From Enterobacteria phage vB_EcoM_IME339, in sequence record MH051915: 64,000 bases of DNA. One strand, written 5' to 3'. The position numbers were made by a program, and so were the translations under genes. Position 1 is the stretch's first letter; each line of letters begins with the position of its first letter. Below are positions 48,141-57,862 of the stretch, piece by piece. The notes under the pieces are model-generated. The model was not told the DNA's origin. It worked only from the letters and a program-made list of their open reading frames with translations, and did no database searches.

Positions 48141-48434
48141 ATGAAAAAATTTATCTTTGCTGCAATTTTTGCTTTATCTTCTTGCGCTGCTCAGCCTGCT
48201 ATGGCGGGTTATGACAAAGATTTGTGTGAATGGTCTATGACTGCAGATCAGACTGAAGTTGAAACTCAAATTGAAGCAGATATTATGAATATCGTTGAGC
48301 GTGATCGTCCTGAAATGAAAGCTGAAGTGCAAAAACAGCTTAAGTCTGGTGGTGTAATGCAGTATAATTATGTTCTATATTGCGATAAAAACTTTAATAA
48401 TAAAAATATCATCGCTGAAGTGGTAGGTGAGTAA
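48141..48434 (+). CDS. sp: periplasmic Spackle-like protein
   Basis: 97 aa; signal peptide MKKFIFAAIFALSSCAAQPAMA; T4 Sp (61.3) size and position. Confidence 0.65.
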   Translation: MKKFIFAAIFALSSCAAQPAMAGYDKDLCEWSMTADQTEVETQIEADIMNIVERDRPEMKAEVQKQLKSGGVMQYNYVLYCDKNFNNKNIIAEVVGE

Positions 48435-48446
48435 TTAGAGGTTAGT

Positions 48447-48803
48447 ATGTATAGTTCTGAATTTTCATATTTAAAAATGGAAAAAATTTCATACGATTTT
48501 ATAGATGAAAAGGTTTATTACAGTTTCCATGAACCATGTTTTAATAGTGAGGTCGGGTTTATTGTAGTAAAAGACAATTTCATTTTAAAAATATATTCGG
48601 CATTAAAGGATTTTCACTACGAAAATATTAACCTAAAATTTGACAAAGAAAACGTTCGTAATTGCGCAGTAACAATTACAGGAAATAAAGGTACATGCGT
48701 TATGCTATCTGATGAAATTAATGATTTGTTAAATGATGCCGAAAAGGTTGCTATTCCATCGATTGATGACCAAATTTTTAATGCTTTTATGAATAGAGGT
48801 TAA
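48447..48803 (+). CDS. hypothetical protein (118 aa; 61.2 position)
   Basis: ORF track. Confidence 0.5.
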   Translation: MYSSEFSYLKMEKISYDFIDEKVYYSFHEPCFNSEVGFIVVKDNFILKIYSALKDFHYENINLKFDKENVRNCAVTITGNKGTCVMLSDEINDLLNDAEKVAIPSIDDQIFNAFMNRG

Positions 48804-48804
48804 T

Positions 48805-48970
48805 GTGAAAACATATAAAGAATTTATCAAAGAAGATATGGTAGCTGGAGATTCGGGTGGTAATCCTGAAAATATCTCCACTGGAACAACATCAGGCGCT
48901 GTAGTAAATAAAGGTCCTGAACAGATTCCTAAAAAGAAAAAAGAGGAATCTAAAGAAAAAGAAGAGTAAA
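48805..48970 (+). CDS. small protein (54 aa) with capsid-targeting-like N-terminus
   Basis: Hand-translated, GTG start: (M)KTYKEFIKEDMVAGDSGGNPEN...KKKKEESKEKEE; N-terminus resembles MKTYQEFI CTS. Confidence 0.4.
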
Positions 48971-48971
48971 A

Positions 48972-50000
48972 ATGTCATCAATACCTTGGATTGATAATGA
49001 GTTTGCATATCGTGCATTAGCTCATTTACCTAAATTCACACAAGTAAATAATAGTTCAACTTTTAAATTACGGTTTAGATGCCCCGTTTGCGGAGATTCA
49101 AAAACCGACCAAAATAAAGCCCGTGGATGGTATTACGGCGATAATAATGAAGGAAATATTCATTGTTATAACTGTAACTATCATGCACCAATCGGAATAT
49201 ATTTAAAGGAGTTTGAACCCGATTTATATCGTGAGTATATCTTTGAAATAAGAAAAGAAAAAGGTAAAAGTCGTCCAGTAGAAAAACTTAAAGAACTTCC
49301 TAAACAACCTGAGAAGAAAATAATTAAATCTCTTCCGTCATGCGTTAGATTAGATAAACTGGCGGAAGACCATCCAATTATAAAATATGTAAAAGCTCGC
49401 TGTATTCCAAAGGATAAATGGAAATATCTTTGGTTTACAACCGAATGGCCTAAATTAGTTAATAGCATAGCACCAGGAACATACAAAAAGGAAATACCTG
49501 AGCCTCGTCTTGTTATTCCAATTTATAATGCTAATGGAAAAGCTGAGTCTTTTCAAGGACGTGCATTAAAGAAAGATGCTCCTCAAAAATATATCACCAT
49601 CAAAGCTTATCCTGAGGCAACAAAAATTTATGGAGTTGAACGAGTCAAAGATGGTGATGTATATGTTCTAGAAGGACCCATAGATTCACTTTTTATTGAA
49701 AATGGTATAGCTATTACGGGTGGTCAATTAGACCTAGAAATTGTTCCATTTAAAGATAGACGTGTGTGGGTTTTAGATAATGAACCTCGTCATCCTGACA
49801 CTATTAAACGAATGACTAAATTAGTTGATGCAGGAGAAAGGGTTATGTTTTGGGACAAATCTCCCTGGAAATCAAAAGATGTTAATGATATGATTAGAAA
49901 GGAAGGTGCAACCCCTGAACAAATTATGGAATATATGAAAAATAATATTGCTCAAGGGTTGATGGCTAAAATGCGGCTATCTAAATATGCTAAGATTTAA
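48972..50000 (+). CDS. 61: DNA primase gp61
   Basis: 342 aa; zinc-ribbon CPVCGDSK...CYNC; Toprim core. Confidence 0.95.
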   Translation: MSSIPWIDNEFAYRALAHLPKFTQVNNSSTFKLRFRCPVCGDSKTDQNKARGWYYGDNNEGNIHCYNCNYHAPIGIYLKEFEPDLYREYIFEIRKEKGKSRPVEKLKELPKQPEKKIIKSLPSCVRLDKLAEDHPIIKYVKARCIPKDKWKYLWFTTEWPKLVNSIAPGTYKKEIPEPRLVIPIYNANGKAESFQGRALKKDAPQKYITIKAYPEATKIYGVERVKDGDVYVLEGPIDSLFIENGIAITGGQLDLEIVPFKDRRVWVLDNEPRHPDTIKRMTKLVDAGERVMFWDKSPWKSKDVNDMIRKEGATPEQIMEYMKNNIAQGLMAKMRLSKYAKI

Positions 50001-50197
50001 ATTAACCCAACCAAAGCAAATGCTAAATCTACGAATGTATCAAGAGTAATTACTGGAATACTAACGCCATGAGCAATAGCAACTGGCGATAAAACAAAAT
50101 TCCAAAGTAAAATTCCTATCATAGCAGAAATAGTAAAAGCTATACGTTTTTTATTACCTTTTATGGCATTAACAAGTGCCATTAATTTTTGTACCAT
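49997..50197 (-). CDS. small hydrophobic membrane protein (66 aa), antisense-oriented
   Basis: Only ORF in the 61-56 intergenic gap; GGAGGA SD 5-10 nt upstream on minus strand. Confidence 0.45.
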   Translation of the reverse strand: MVQKLMALVNAIKGNKKRIAFTISAMIGILLWNFVLSPVAIAHGVSIPVITLDTFVDLAFALVGLI

Positions 50198-50268
50198 ATA
50201 TCCTCCTTATTGCTTTATATATTTATTGTATAATTAATCTACTAATCCATGAATTGAAAGGAAAAATA

Positions 50269-50787
50269 ATGGCATACTTTAATGAATGCGCTCATTTGAT
50301 CGAAGGTGTTGATAAAGCAAATCGTGCATATGCTGAGAATATTATGCACAATATTGACCCGCTGCAGGTTATGCTTGATATGCAGCGGCATTTACAAATT
50401 CGTTTGGCTAACGATAAACCAGAAACAAATCGTCATCCCGATTCACTTGAAACTGCGGGAGAAGTTCTTGCTTGGCTGCGAAACCAAGACGATTATATCG
50501 CAGACGAAACTCGCGAGCTATATACTTCTCTTGGTGGTATGAGCAATGGCGAAAAAGAAGCTTCTGCTGTATGGAAACCTTGGAAGAAACGTTATTCTGA
50601 AATGCAATCCAAGAAAATTCAAGATTTATCTCCTGAAGATCAACTTGAAATTAAATTTGAATTGATTGATCAATTTCACTTTTTCATGAATAAATTCATT
50701 GCTCTTGGAATGTCAGCTGAAGAAATCTTTAAACTTTATTATTTGAAAAATGCTGAAAACTTCGCTCGTCAAGATCGAGGTTATTAA
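50269..50787 (+). CDS. 56: dCTP pyrophosphatase gp56 (MazG-like)
   Basis: ORF track 50176 (extension rejected); ATG 50269. Confidence 0.85.
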   Translation: MAYFNECAHLIEGVDKANRAYAENIMHNIDPLQVMLDMQRHLQIRLANDKPETNRHPDSLETAGEVLAWLRNQDDYIADETRELYTSLGGMSNGEKEASAVWKPWKKRYSEMQSKKIQDLSPEDQLEIKFELIDQFHFFMNKFIALGMSAEEIFKLYYLKNAENFARQDRGY

Positions 50788-50987
50788 TGGCTCGTTTAAA
50801 TAAACGCCAGCTTAAGAAAGCCCACAAGAAACGTATTGACCAGCTATTTAAAAATTATGACAAAGAGCTCGTGTGTGAGCTCTTATCTAATCAGCTTCGT
50901 GCGGTTGATTGGGTTGTAGAAGAAGGTCCTGATGAAATTTTTGTCAGCGAAGAAGCCTTAAAATTAATTATAGAGCATTCAAAATGA
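50787..50987 (+). CDS. hypothetical basic protein (66 aa)
   Basis: ORF track; TAATG junction. Confidence 0.45.
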   Translation: MARLNKRQLKKAHKKRIDQLFKNYDKELVCELLSNQLRAVDWVVEEGPDEIFVSEEALKLIIEHSK

Positions 50988-51157
50988 AAATATCCAAAGA
51001 AGAATTTATTAGACGACAAAAAGCTTTAATTAATTTACACGAGTGGTATGCTTACCAGCTTAAAGTAGATAGCTCTAATATAAATGCTGTAATGGCTTTA
51101 TATAAACAAATTCAAGATGAACACGAATTCCTGGCACAAGTTTTCATTGAAGACTGA
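50984..51157 (+). CDS. hypothetical protein (57 aa)
   Basis: Hand-translated; ATGA junction. Confidence 0.35.
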   Translation: MKISKEEFIRRQKALINLHEWYAYQLKVDSSNINAVMALYKQIQDEHEFLAQVFIED

Positions 51158-51165
51158 TATAAATA
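51158..51165 (+). promoter_or_regulatory. late promoter motif TATAAATA upstream of soc
   Basis: Exact TATAAATA 32 nt before soc ATG. Confidence 0.6.
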
Positions 51166-51196
51166 CACCTGTAATTAAACAATAAAGGAGTTTATT

Positions 51197-51433
51197 ATGG
51201 GTGGTTTCGTTAACATCAAGACCTTTACTCATCCAGCGGGTGAAGGCAAAGAAGTTAAAGGTATGGAAGTTTCTGTTCCGTTTGAAATTTATTCTAACGA
51301 GCATCGTATCGCAGATTCTCATTATCAGATCTTTCCGTCAGAAAAGGCAGCATATTCTACTGTAGTTTCTGATGCAGCTGATTGGAAAACTAAGAATGCT
51401 GCAATGTTTACGCCTACACAAATAGGTGGTTAA
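51197..51433 (+). CDS. soc: small outer capsid protein Soc
   Basis: 78 aa; ...VNIKTF...HYQIFPSEKAAYSTV... recalled as Soc-like. Confidence 0.8.
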   Translation: MGGFVNIKTFTHPAGEGKEVKGMEVSVPFEIYSNEHRIADSHYQIFPSEKAAYSTVVSDAADWKTKNAAMFTPTQIGG

Positions 51434-51439
51434 TAATTC

Positions 51440-51465
51440 AAGGACTCCTCCGGGAGTCCTTTTTT
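51440..51465 (+). terminator. intrinsic terminator (aggactccTCCGggagtcct + T6)
   Basis: Perfect hairpin and T-run after soc; early promoter (GTTTAC...TATAAT) follows. Confidence 0.75.
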
Positions 51466-51531
51466 CATTTTACTGGTTTACTTTCCAAAATGAGTATGGT
51501 ATAATAAAATTATCTTATAGAGGAGAGCACT

Positions 51532-51738
51532 ATGTTAAATCGTTGGATTAAACCAAATGAAGATTTAGATATTATCATTTCACGGCATGTAATGAAGAAA
51601 TATGAACTGCAGCCATGGTCTACAGAAGTTGTTGTGCATTCATTTATGATGTACGCAGATGGTTCTGTCGAATTTAATGCAGAAATTCGATATGATTATG
51701 GCGAGAAGCAAGTCGAATTCAAGAGAGGCTTTTTGTAA
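51532..51738 (+). CDS. hypothetical protein (68 aa)
   Basis: ORF track. Confidence 0.45.
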   Translation: MLNRWIKPNEDLDIIISRHVMKKYELQPWSTEVVVHSFMMYADGSVEFNAEIRYDYGEKQVEFKRGFL

Positions 51739-52079
51739 TGTTTATCTTTAATTGGTTTAAAAGCTTCTTTACAGATTTTTTCTCTACAACTCCTGGAGAA
51801 GGTGTAGTTCCTATTTCAAATGACTACCTTCCTTTAACTGTAGTTGAATATGTTTATATGGGAGATGGAACAGTAGAAGCAGTTACTATGACTTATGAAG
51901 AAGCCCAAGAATATTATAAAAATCCTTGGCGCTGGTCAACACCTATTACATCATCTAATACACAGAATACACAGTCTAGTTCTGATTCATATGACACTAA
52001 TGTTCCTGTTCATGTATGGACGGGCGATTCGTGTGGAAGTTCTTGTGATTCTAGTTGTTCATCTACATCTTGTGATTGA
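51738..52079 (+). CDS. hypothetical protein (113 aa) with Ser/Cys-rich C-terminus
   Basis: C-terminal ...[18 protein letters not shown]. Confidence 0.5.
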   Translation: MFIFNWFKSFFTDFFSTTPGEGVVPISNDYLPLTVVEYVYMGDGTVEAVTMTYEEAQEYYKNPWRWSTPITSSNTQNTQSSSDSYDTNVPVHVWTGDSCGSSCDSSCSSTSCD

Positions 52080-52087
52080 GGAAAATT

Positions 52088-52573
52088 ATGGAAGCGATTT
52101 TGTTTGAAATGTATATTAGCAGTAAAAGTATGTCGTTTGCTAAAGACGTTCCAATTACCGTAGCAGTAATGATTGATAAGGGTTATTGTGACCCAATGTA
52201 TCTCGTAGAAAATTTCGTTTCAATGCCAGTTCCAGAAGATGCTGAAATAAAACTTAAAAAGATTGGTATTATTGAAACTGTACCAAATATTCCGTTTAGA
52301 GCAATTGAAGCATTTACTAAATCCGAATACATTAATGTTAGCGCAGAACAATATAATGATAATCCTCTATCTTTCTATTCGTATGATTCAGTATATAGCT
52401 GGAAAATAGATAAAGGAAATAAATTTATAATTGTGAGTGAAGATGCTTTATCATACTTTATTTCTTCTGTATGGAATAGTTTACATCCAAATTTGCTAAA
52501 AATTCATGAATTTGATGATGCTCCTACTGTTGTTTTAGGTAAAACAAATGAAAGTTCTGAAGAAAATGCTTGA
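52088..52573 (+). CDS. hypothetical protein (161 aa; mrh map position)
   Basis: ORF track 52076; ATG 52088 behind GAGG. Confidence 0.5.
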   Translation: MEAILFEMYISSKSMSFAKDVPITVAVMIDKGYCDPMYLVENFVSMPVPEDAEIKLKKIGIIETVPNIPFRAIEAFTKSEYINVSAEQYNDNPLSFYSYDSVYSWKIDKGNKFIIVSEDALSYFISSVWNSLHPNLLKIHEFDDAPTVVLGKTNESSEENA

Positions 52574-52751
52574 ATGGTTCAGTAGACCAAACCCAATGTA
52601 CATTGACGATGGTTGGGTTGAACAAGCAAATAAAGAAATGCAGAACGAATCAGAAGAATGGATGAAATCAATGATTAGCATTGAGAAAGAAAAGAAATTA
52701 GAACGCTCAGCGCTTAAATTGATGAGAGACATCTATGGGGATAAATCATGA
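52566..52751 (+). CDS. hypothetical protein (61 aa)
   Basis: ORF track 52548; ATG 52566 overlaps upstream stop. Confidence 0.4.
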   Translation: MLEWFSRPNPMYIDDGWVEQANKEMQNESEEWMKSMISIEKEKKLERSALKLMRDIYGDKS

Positions 52752-52912
52752 ACAAAGATATGACGTTAGAAGAGGCCAAGGCTAAAGCAAATGAAGCTTT
52801 AGATTTGCTTCTTAAAATTGGCAGTAAAATGATGGAAGAAAATGAGAAATATATCCAGGAAAACAAAATTCCTGATGGTCCATTAGTAGGCAAAAGGAAA
52901 TCGCATGATTGA
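52748..52912 (+). CDS. hypothetical protein (54 aa)
   Basis: Hand-translated; ATGA junctions both sides. Confidence 0.35.
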   Translation: MNKDMTLEEAKAKANEALDLLLKIGSKMMEENEKYIQENKIPDGPLVGKRKSHD

Positions 52913-53387
52913 AGTAGCAAAACATTATTCAATAGAATTTATGTCTAAAGAAGGTAAATCAGTAAATACACTTGATAAAAAGTGCTCATTAATTATTCCT
53001 TTAGCAGAAAATCCGGATATTTTAATTAAAGATATAAAAGAAAGAAAATATCCAGAAAATGTTATTCTAATTATAAAGCATACTGAAGATATTTTGCAGA
53101 ATACTGATTCACCGTTTTCTTCTTCTGAAGCTTTAACTATTAAAGGCTATAAAAGAGCTCATGAATATGGTCTTTTTGACCTGTTTGAAGACGATAAAGT
53201 TAAATTAGCACTTAATTTAGCAGGTCAATCTTCTAAAAGTAAAACATTCATTATTGAAGATATTAAAGATATAAATGCATTTGTTAAGATGGTCTGGGCT
53301 CATTTTGACGTTGGACTACGCTGGAGAATGTCCGAAGAAGAAAGAAAAATTATTGAAGCTAATCGTTATTTTGGTTTTTATCGCTAG
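52905..53387 (+). CDS. hypothetical protein (160 aa)
   Basis: ORF track. Confidence 0.5.
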   Translation: MIEVAKHYSIEFMSKEGKSVNTLDKKCSLIIPLAENPDILIKDIKERKYPENVILIIKHTEDILQNTDSPFSSSEALTIKGYKRAHEYGLFDLFEDDKVKLALNLAGQSSKSKTFIIEDIKDINAFVKMVWAHFDVGLRWRMSEEERKIIEANRYFGFYR

Positions 53388-53395
53388 GAATTAAT

Positions 53396-53578
53396 ATGGA
53401 TTTATTTGAGATGTTAGAAGATAATCATTCTACGAATATCCAGAATGATTCTAGTGATTATAAGAAAGAGTACCGTATAGTATTACAGAATTATGGAATT
53501 GAAGCCCCAGATGCTCTTCTAGAAGAACTAGCTTCATACCATCTTGACCCTCCGCCCTGGGCTCCCTGGGCAAAATAA
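53396..53578 (+). CDS. hypothetical acidic protein (60 aa)
   Basis: ORF track. Confidence 0.45.
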   Translation: MDLFEMLEDNHSTNIQNDSSDYKKEYRIVLQNYGIEAPDALLEELASYHLDPPPWAPWAK

Positions 53579-53589
53579 TTCAAAAAGTT

Positions 53590-53619
53590 GTTTACTTTCC
53601 TTCCTAACAATGATATGAT
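53590..53619 (+). promoter_or_regulatory. early promoter upstream of modB-like gene
   Basis: GTTTAC, 18 nt, TATGAT. Confidence 0.5.
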
Positions 53620-53645
53620 AGCTTCTGAAGTATATGGAGGCTATC

Positions 53646-54269
53646 ATGATTATTAATCTTGCAGATGTTGAACAGTTATCTATAAAAGCTGAAAGCGTTG
53701 ATTTTCAATATGATATGTATAAAAAGGTCTGTGAAAAATTTACTGACTTTGAACAGTCAGTTCTTTGGCAATGTATGGAAGCCAAAAAGAATGAAGCTCT
53801 TCATCGGCAGTTGAATAAAATCATTAAAAAGCATTTAACTAAATCACCTTATCAGCTATATCGTGGTATATCAAAATCGACAAAAGAACTCATTAAAGAT
53901 TTACAAGTTGGAGAAGTGTTTTCAACGAATAGAGTAGATTCATTTACTACTAGTTTGCACACAGCGTGCGGTTTTTCTTATGTTGAGTATTTCACTGAAA
54001 TAATATTTCGCTTAAAAACTGATAAAGCTTTTAATTATTCTGACCATATCAGCGATATTATACTTTCTTCTCCTAATACTGAGTTTAAGTATACATATGA
54101 AGATACTGACGGATTAGATTCAGAACGTACTGATAACTTAATGATGATTGTGCGTGAACAAGAATGGATGATTCCAATTGGAAAGTATAAAATAACTTCT
54201 ATTTCAAAAGAAAAATTACACGATTCATTTGGAACATTTAAAGTGTATGATATTGAGGTAGTTGAATGA
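53646..54269 (+). CDS. modB: ADP-ribosyltransferase (ModB-like)
   Basis: R-S-E triad: YRG, STN, EQEW. Confidence 0.7.
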   Translation: MIINLADVEQLSIKAESVDFQYDMYKKVCEKFTDFEQSVLWQCMEAKKNEALHRQLNKIIKKHLTKSPYQLYRGISKSTKELIKDLQVGEVFSTNRVDSFTTSLHTACGFSYVEYFTEIIFRLKTDKAFNYSDHISDIILSSPNTEFKYTYEDTDGLDSERTDNLMMIVREQEWMIPIGKYKITSISKEKLHDSFGTFKVYDIEVVE

Positions 54270-54868
54270 AATATTCAGCAATGCAATTAAAAGATTTTAA
54301 AATCAAATCAATGGATGCATCGGTGCGTGCTTCTATTCGTGAAGAATTACTTTCTGAAGGATTTAATTTATCTGAAATTGAACTTTTAATTCATTGTATT
54401 ACTAATAAGCCAGACGATCATTCTTGGTTAAATGAAATAATCAAATCTCGTTTGGTTCCAAACGATAAACCTCTTTGGAGAGGTGTTCCAGTTGAGACTA
54501 AGCAGGTGTTAAATCAAGGAATTGATATTATTACATTTGATAAAGTAGTATCAGCTTCATATGATAAAAATATAGCTCTACATTTTGCTTCTGGATTAGA
54601 ATACAACACGCAAGTTATTTTTGAATTCAAAGCTCCTATGGTATTTAATTTCCAGGAGTATGCTATAAAAGCTCTACGTTGTAAAGAATATAGTCCGAGT
54701 TTTAAGTTTCCAGATAGCCATCGTTATCGTAATATGGAATTAGTTTCAGATGAACAAGAAGTAATGATACCAGCTGGAAGTGTATTTAGAATTGCGGATA
54801 GATACGAGTATAAAAAGCATTCAACATACACTATCTATACTCTTGACTTTGAAGGATTTAATCTATAA
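54266..54868 (+). CDS. modA: ADP-ribosyltransferase (ModA-like)
   Basis: R-S-E triad: WRG, SAS, EQEV; paralog of previous gene. Confidence 0.7.
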   Translation: MKYSAMQLKDFKIKSMDASVRASIREELLSEGFNLSEIELLIHCITNKPDDHSWLNEIIKSRLVPNDKPLWRGVPVETKQVLNQGIDIITFDKVVSASYDKNIALHFASGLEYNTQVIFEFKAPMVFNFQEYAIKALRCKEYSPSFKFPDSHRYRNMELVSDEQEVMIPAGSVFRIADRYEYKKHSTYTIYTLDFEGFNL

Positions 54869-54984
54869 TGGAAGGACTTAGATTCATTATACCATGAAAG
54901 TTTTAAAGCATTTTTCATAAAGTTGTTTACAAGCTGAAGTAAAAATGTTATAGTATAAGTAGTTAACCCGTCCGTGAGAAAAAT

Positions 54985-55731
54985 ATGAAACTGTCTAATA
55001 ATCAAATTCGTAAAATTACACGTCGCTTAGAGCATACTCAGGCATCTGCCAAAAGACGTTCTAAAGATTTTAACTTAGACTTCAATTACATTAAGAACAT
55101 TTTAGATCAGAAAGTTTGCGCTTACTCGGGAGAACCTTTTGATAATCGTATTGAAGGAGAGAAATTATCATTAGAACGTTTTGATAATAACGTTGGATAC
55201 ATTAAAGGGAATGTTATTGCAGTAAAGAAAAAGTATAATACATTTCGTTCTGATTATACTTTAGAAGAGTTGATTGAAAAGCGTGATTTATTTGCTTTGC
55301 GAATTGGTCGTTCATCTGCGAAAAAAGTTCATAAACTAAATTTAGATGAAAAGAAATGGGCTAAAATCAAAAAGACTTATAATCAAATTAAAGCTATACA
55401 GAAAAAACGTGAAAACCGAATTGAGCACATTTCTCAGCTTTCTAAATCAAAACAAACTTCTGACGTTAAGCTAACGATTATAGCACTTAAAGCTCGTATT
55501 GATGGTTCTCGTATAGCAGAAGGCGCTGAAGTTGTTAAATTGAACGTTCTTCTTAAAGGCTCGGATTGGAAAACTGTGAAAAAGCTGTCAGAAGCAGAAA
55601 TGCAATATGATATGTGTGATAAAATTATTCAAGGTGTAGAGCGGTATCAAAACTTGTCTTTTATTGATAAACTTAAACTGAAAAGAGGATACCCGCTAAA
55701 TTGTTCAATTTTTAAACTTATCCGAGGATAA
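54985..55731 (+). CDS. 248-aa protein at the srd map position with degenerate HNH-like motif
   Basis: CAYSGEPF...SLERFDNNVGYIKGNVIAV resembles phage HNH motif but lacks C-terminal Zn cysteines. Confidence 0.5.
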   Translation: MKLSNNQIRKITRRLEHTQASAKRRSKDFNLDFNYIKNILDQKVCAYSGEPFDNRIEGEKLSLERFDNNVGYIKGNVIAVKKKYNTFRSDYTLEELIEKRDLFALRIGRSSAKKVHKLNLDEKKWAKIKKTYNQIKAIQKKRENRIEHISQLSKSKQTSDVKLTIIALKARIDGSRIAEGAEVVKLNVLLKGSDWKTVKKLSEAEMQYDMCDKIIQGVERYQNLSFIDKLKLKRGYPLNCSIFKLIRG

Positions 55732-55732
55732 T

Positions 55733-56044
55733 ATGTTTTATGTATATGCGATAGTGTATAGAGATAAAGATGGATTTGCGGTGCCTGTTCCTCTTGATGA
55801 ACATCGCCCTGCTGTATTTTTTGAAAGGGAGATTGCTGATAAAGTATTTACAACTCTTAAAGAGCAGTATCAACTAGCTTTAGGTATGGGAATTCCGAGA
55901 TTAGTTGAGACTCCACGCAAGTTTTGGTTTAATAAAATAGAAGTTAAACATGTTAAGCCTGATGTAGACACGCAAAGATTATATCGGCGAATTTTAGATA
56001 CTGGGCGTATTGTTAGTATACCAATTGCAGGGAATTTACGATGA
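55733..56044 (+). CDS. hypothetical protein (103 aa; dda.1 position)
   Basis: ORF track; ATGA-coupled to dda. Confidence 0.5.
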   Translation: MFYVYAIVYRDKDGFAVPVPLDEHRPAVFFEREIADKVFTTLKEQYQLALGMGIPRLVETPRKFWFNKIEVKHVKPDVDTQRLYRRILDTGRIVSIPIAGNLR

Positions 56045-57360
56045 CATTTGATGATTTGACAGAAGGCCAGAAAAATGCCTTTAACATCGTTATGAGGGCT
56101 ATCAAAGAAAAGAAACATCATGTAACTATTAATGGACCTGCCGGTACTGGTAAAACTACTCTTACTAAGTTCATCATTGAAGCTTTAATATCTACGGGCG
56201 AAACTGGCATTATTTTAGCAGCTCCTACACATGCAGCTAAAAAGATTCTTTCAAAACTGTCAGGGAAAGAAGCGAGTACTATTCATAGTATTCTTAAAAT
56301 TAACCCCGTAACATACGAAGAAAACGTTCTTTTTGAACAAAAAGAAGTACCGGATTTAGCCAAATGTAGAGTATTAATCTGCGACGAAGTGTCAATGTAT
56401 GATAGAAAGCTATTTAAAATTCTGCTTTCAACTATCCCGCCATGGTGTACTATAATTGGAATAGGCGATAATAAGCAAATTAGACCTGTTGACCCAGGGG
56501 AAAACACTGCTTATATCAGTCCATTCTTTACACATAAAGATTTTTATCAGTGTGAACTCACTGAAGTTAAACGCAGTAATGCTCCTATTATTGATGTAGC
56601 TACTGATGTTCGCAACGGTAAGTGGATTTATGATAAAGTTGTTGACGGACATGGAGTACGTGGATTTACTGGTGATACCGCTTTACGCGATTTTATGGTA
56701 AATTATTTTTCAATCGTTAAATCACTAGATGATTTGTTTGAAAATCGCGTAATGGCATTTACGAATAAATCTGTTGATAAGTTAAATAGCATTATTCGTA
56801 AAAAGATTTTTGAAACTGATAAAGATTTTATTGTCGGTGAAATTATTGTAATGCAGGAACCGTTAATTAAAACATATAAAATTGATGGAAAGCCTGTGTC
56901 AGAAATTATTTTTAATAACGGACAATTAGTTCGTATTATAGAAGCAGAATATACATCAACATTTGTTAAAGCTCGTGGCGTTCCTGGAGAATATCTAATT
57001 CGTCATTGGGATTTAACAGTAGAAACTTACGGTGATGATGAATATTATCGTGAAAAGATTAAAATAATTTCATCTGATGAAGAGCTGTATAAGTTTAACT
57101 TATTTTTAGGTAAAACTGCAGAAACTTACAAAAATTGGAATAAAGGTGGAAAAGCTCCATGGAGCGATTTTTGGGATGCTAAATCACAGTTTAGTAAAGT
57201 GAAAGCACTTCCTGCATCAACATTCCATAAAGCTCAGGGCATGTCTGTAGACCGTGCTTTTATCTATACGCCTTGTATCCATTATGCAGATGCTGAACTA
57301 GCTCAGCAGCTTCTTTATGTTGGTGTAACACGTGGTCGTTATGATGTATTTTATGTATGA
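56041..57360 (+). CDS. dda: DNA helicase Dda (SF1)
   Basis: 439 aa; Walker A GPAGTGKTT; T4 Dda length. Confidence 0.95.
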   Translation: MTFDDLTEGQKNAFNIVMRAIKEKKHHVTINGPAGTGKTTLTKFIIEALISTGETGIILAAPTHAAKKILSKLSGKEASTIHSILKINPVTYEENVLFEQKEVPDLAKCRVLICDEVSMYDRKLFKILLSTIPPWCTIIGIGDNKQIRPVDPGENTAYISPFFTHKDFYQCELTEVKRSNAPIIDVATDVRNGKWIYDKVVDGHGVRGFTGDTALRDFMVNYFSIVKSLDDLFENRVMAFTNKSVDKLNSIIRKKIFETDKDFIVGEIIVMQEPLIKTYKIDGKPVSEIIFNNGQLVRIIEAEYTSTFVKARGVPGEYLIRHWDLTVETYGDDEYYREKIKIISSDEELYKFNLFLGKTAETYKNWNKGGKAPWSDFWDAKSQFSKVKALPASTFHKAQGMSVDRAFIYTPCIHYADAELAQQLLYVGVTRGRYDVFYV

Positions 57361-57381
57361 TTAAATTTGAGGAAGCTATTC

Positions 57382-57627
57382 GTGGAAATAACTAAAGACC
57401 AGTTTTATCTACTTCAAGATAAAGTGAGCGAAATTTATGAAATAGCTTATAGTAAAAATCGCAGAAATGTAAAAATTGAATCAGGCAAGTTAATGCTTCA
57501 ATTGGAAGAAATTGAACGAGATTTGATTGCGTTAGAATTCTTTTGTGGTGAAGTGAAAACTGTTACAATTAGTGATTATGTTTTAGGTGAAATTAGCCAT
57601 CTTTATAAGGCGGTTATTAATGATTGA
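57382..57627 (+). CDS. hypothetical protein (about 81 aa), tandem paralog 1
   Basis: GTG start behind GAGGAAG; ...LQLEEIERDLIALEFF...ISDYVLGEI similar to next ORF. Confidence 0.45.
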   Translation: MEITKDQFYLLQDKVSEIYEIAYSKNRRNVKIESGKLMLQLEEIERDLIALEFFCGEVKTVTISDYVLGEISHLYKAVIND

Positions 57628-57862
57628 ATTAAGTTTGCATCAGTTTAAATCTCTTATGACAAATGTTAAAGCTGTCATTGAGGAAAATCAAGGACCTGAT
57701 AATGTTACTATTCGCGAAAAAGCTTCAAAGATAGTATACAGTCTTGAAGAGATACAAAAAGATATTGAATCTATGGCAAAATTTATTGATGAGCCTATTA
57801 ATAAAGTTTATATCCAAGATTATACTGTAGGTCAAATTCGCGATTTAGCGAGGAAAATTTAA
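57620..57862 (+). CDS. hypothetical protein (80 aa), tandem paralog 2
   Basis: ...YSLEEIQKDIESMAKF...IQDYTVGQI. Confidence 0.45.
   Translation: MIELSLHQFKSLMTNVKAVIEENQGPDNVTIREKASKIVYSLEEIQKDIESMAKFIDEPINKVYIQDYTVGQIRDLARKI

Noticed and set aside
47046-48970. Treating the whole 41-61 interval as non-T4 insertion
   Set aside because: Order and sizes (60-aa Dmd-like, 97-aa secreted Sp-like) match the T4 61.5-61.1 block as I recall it, so this is core-like accessory DNA rather than a foreign island.
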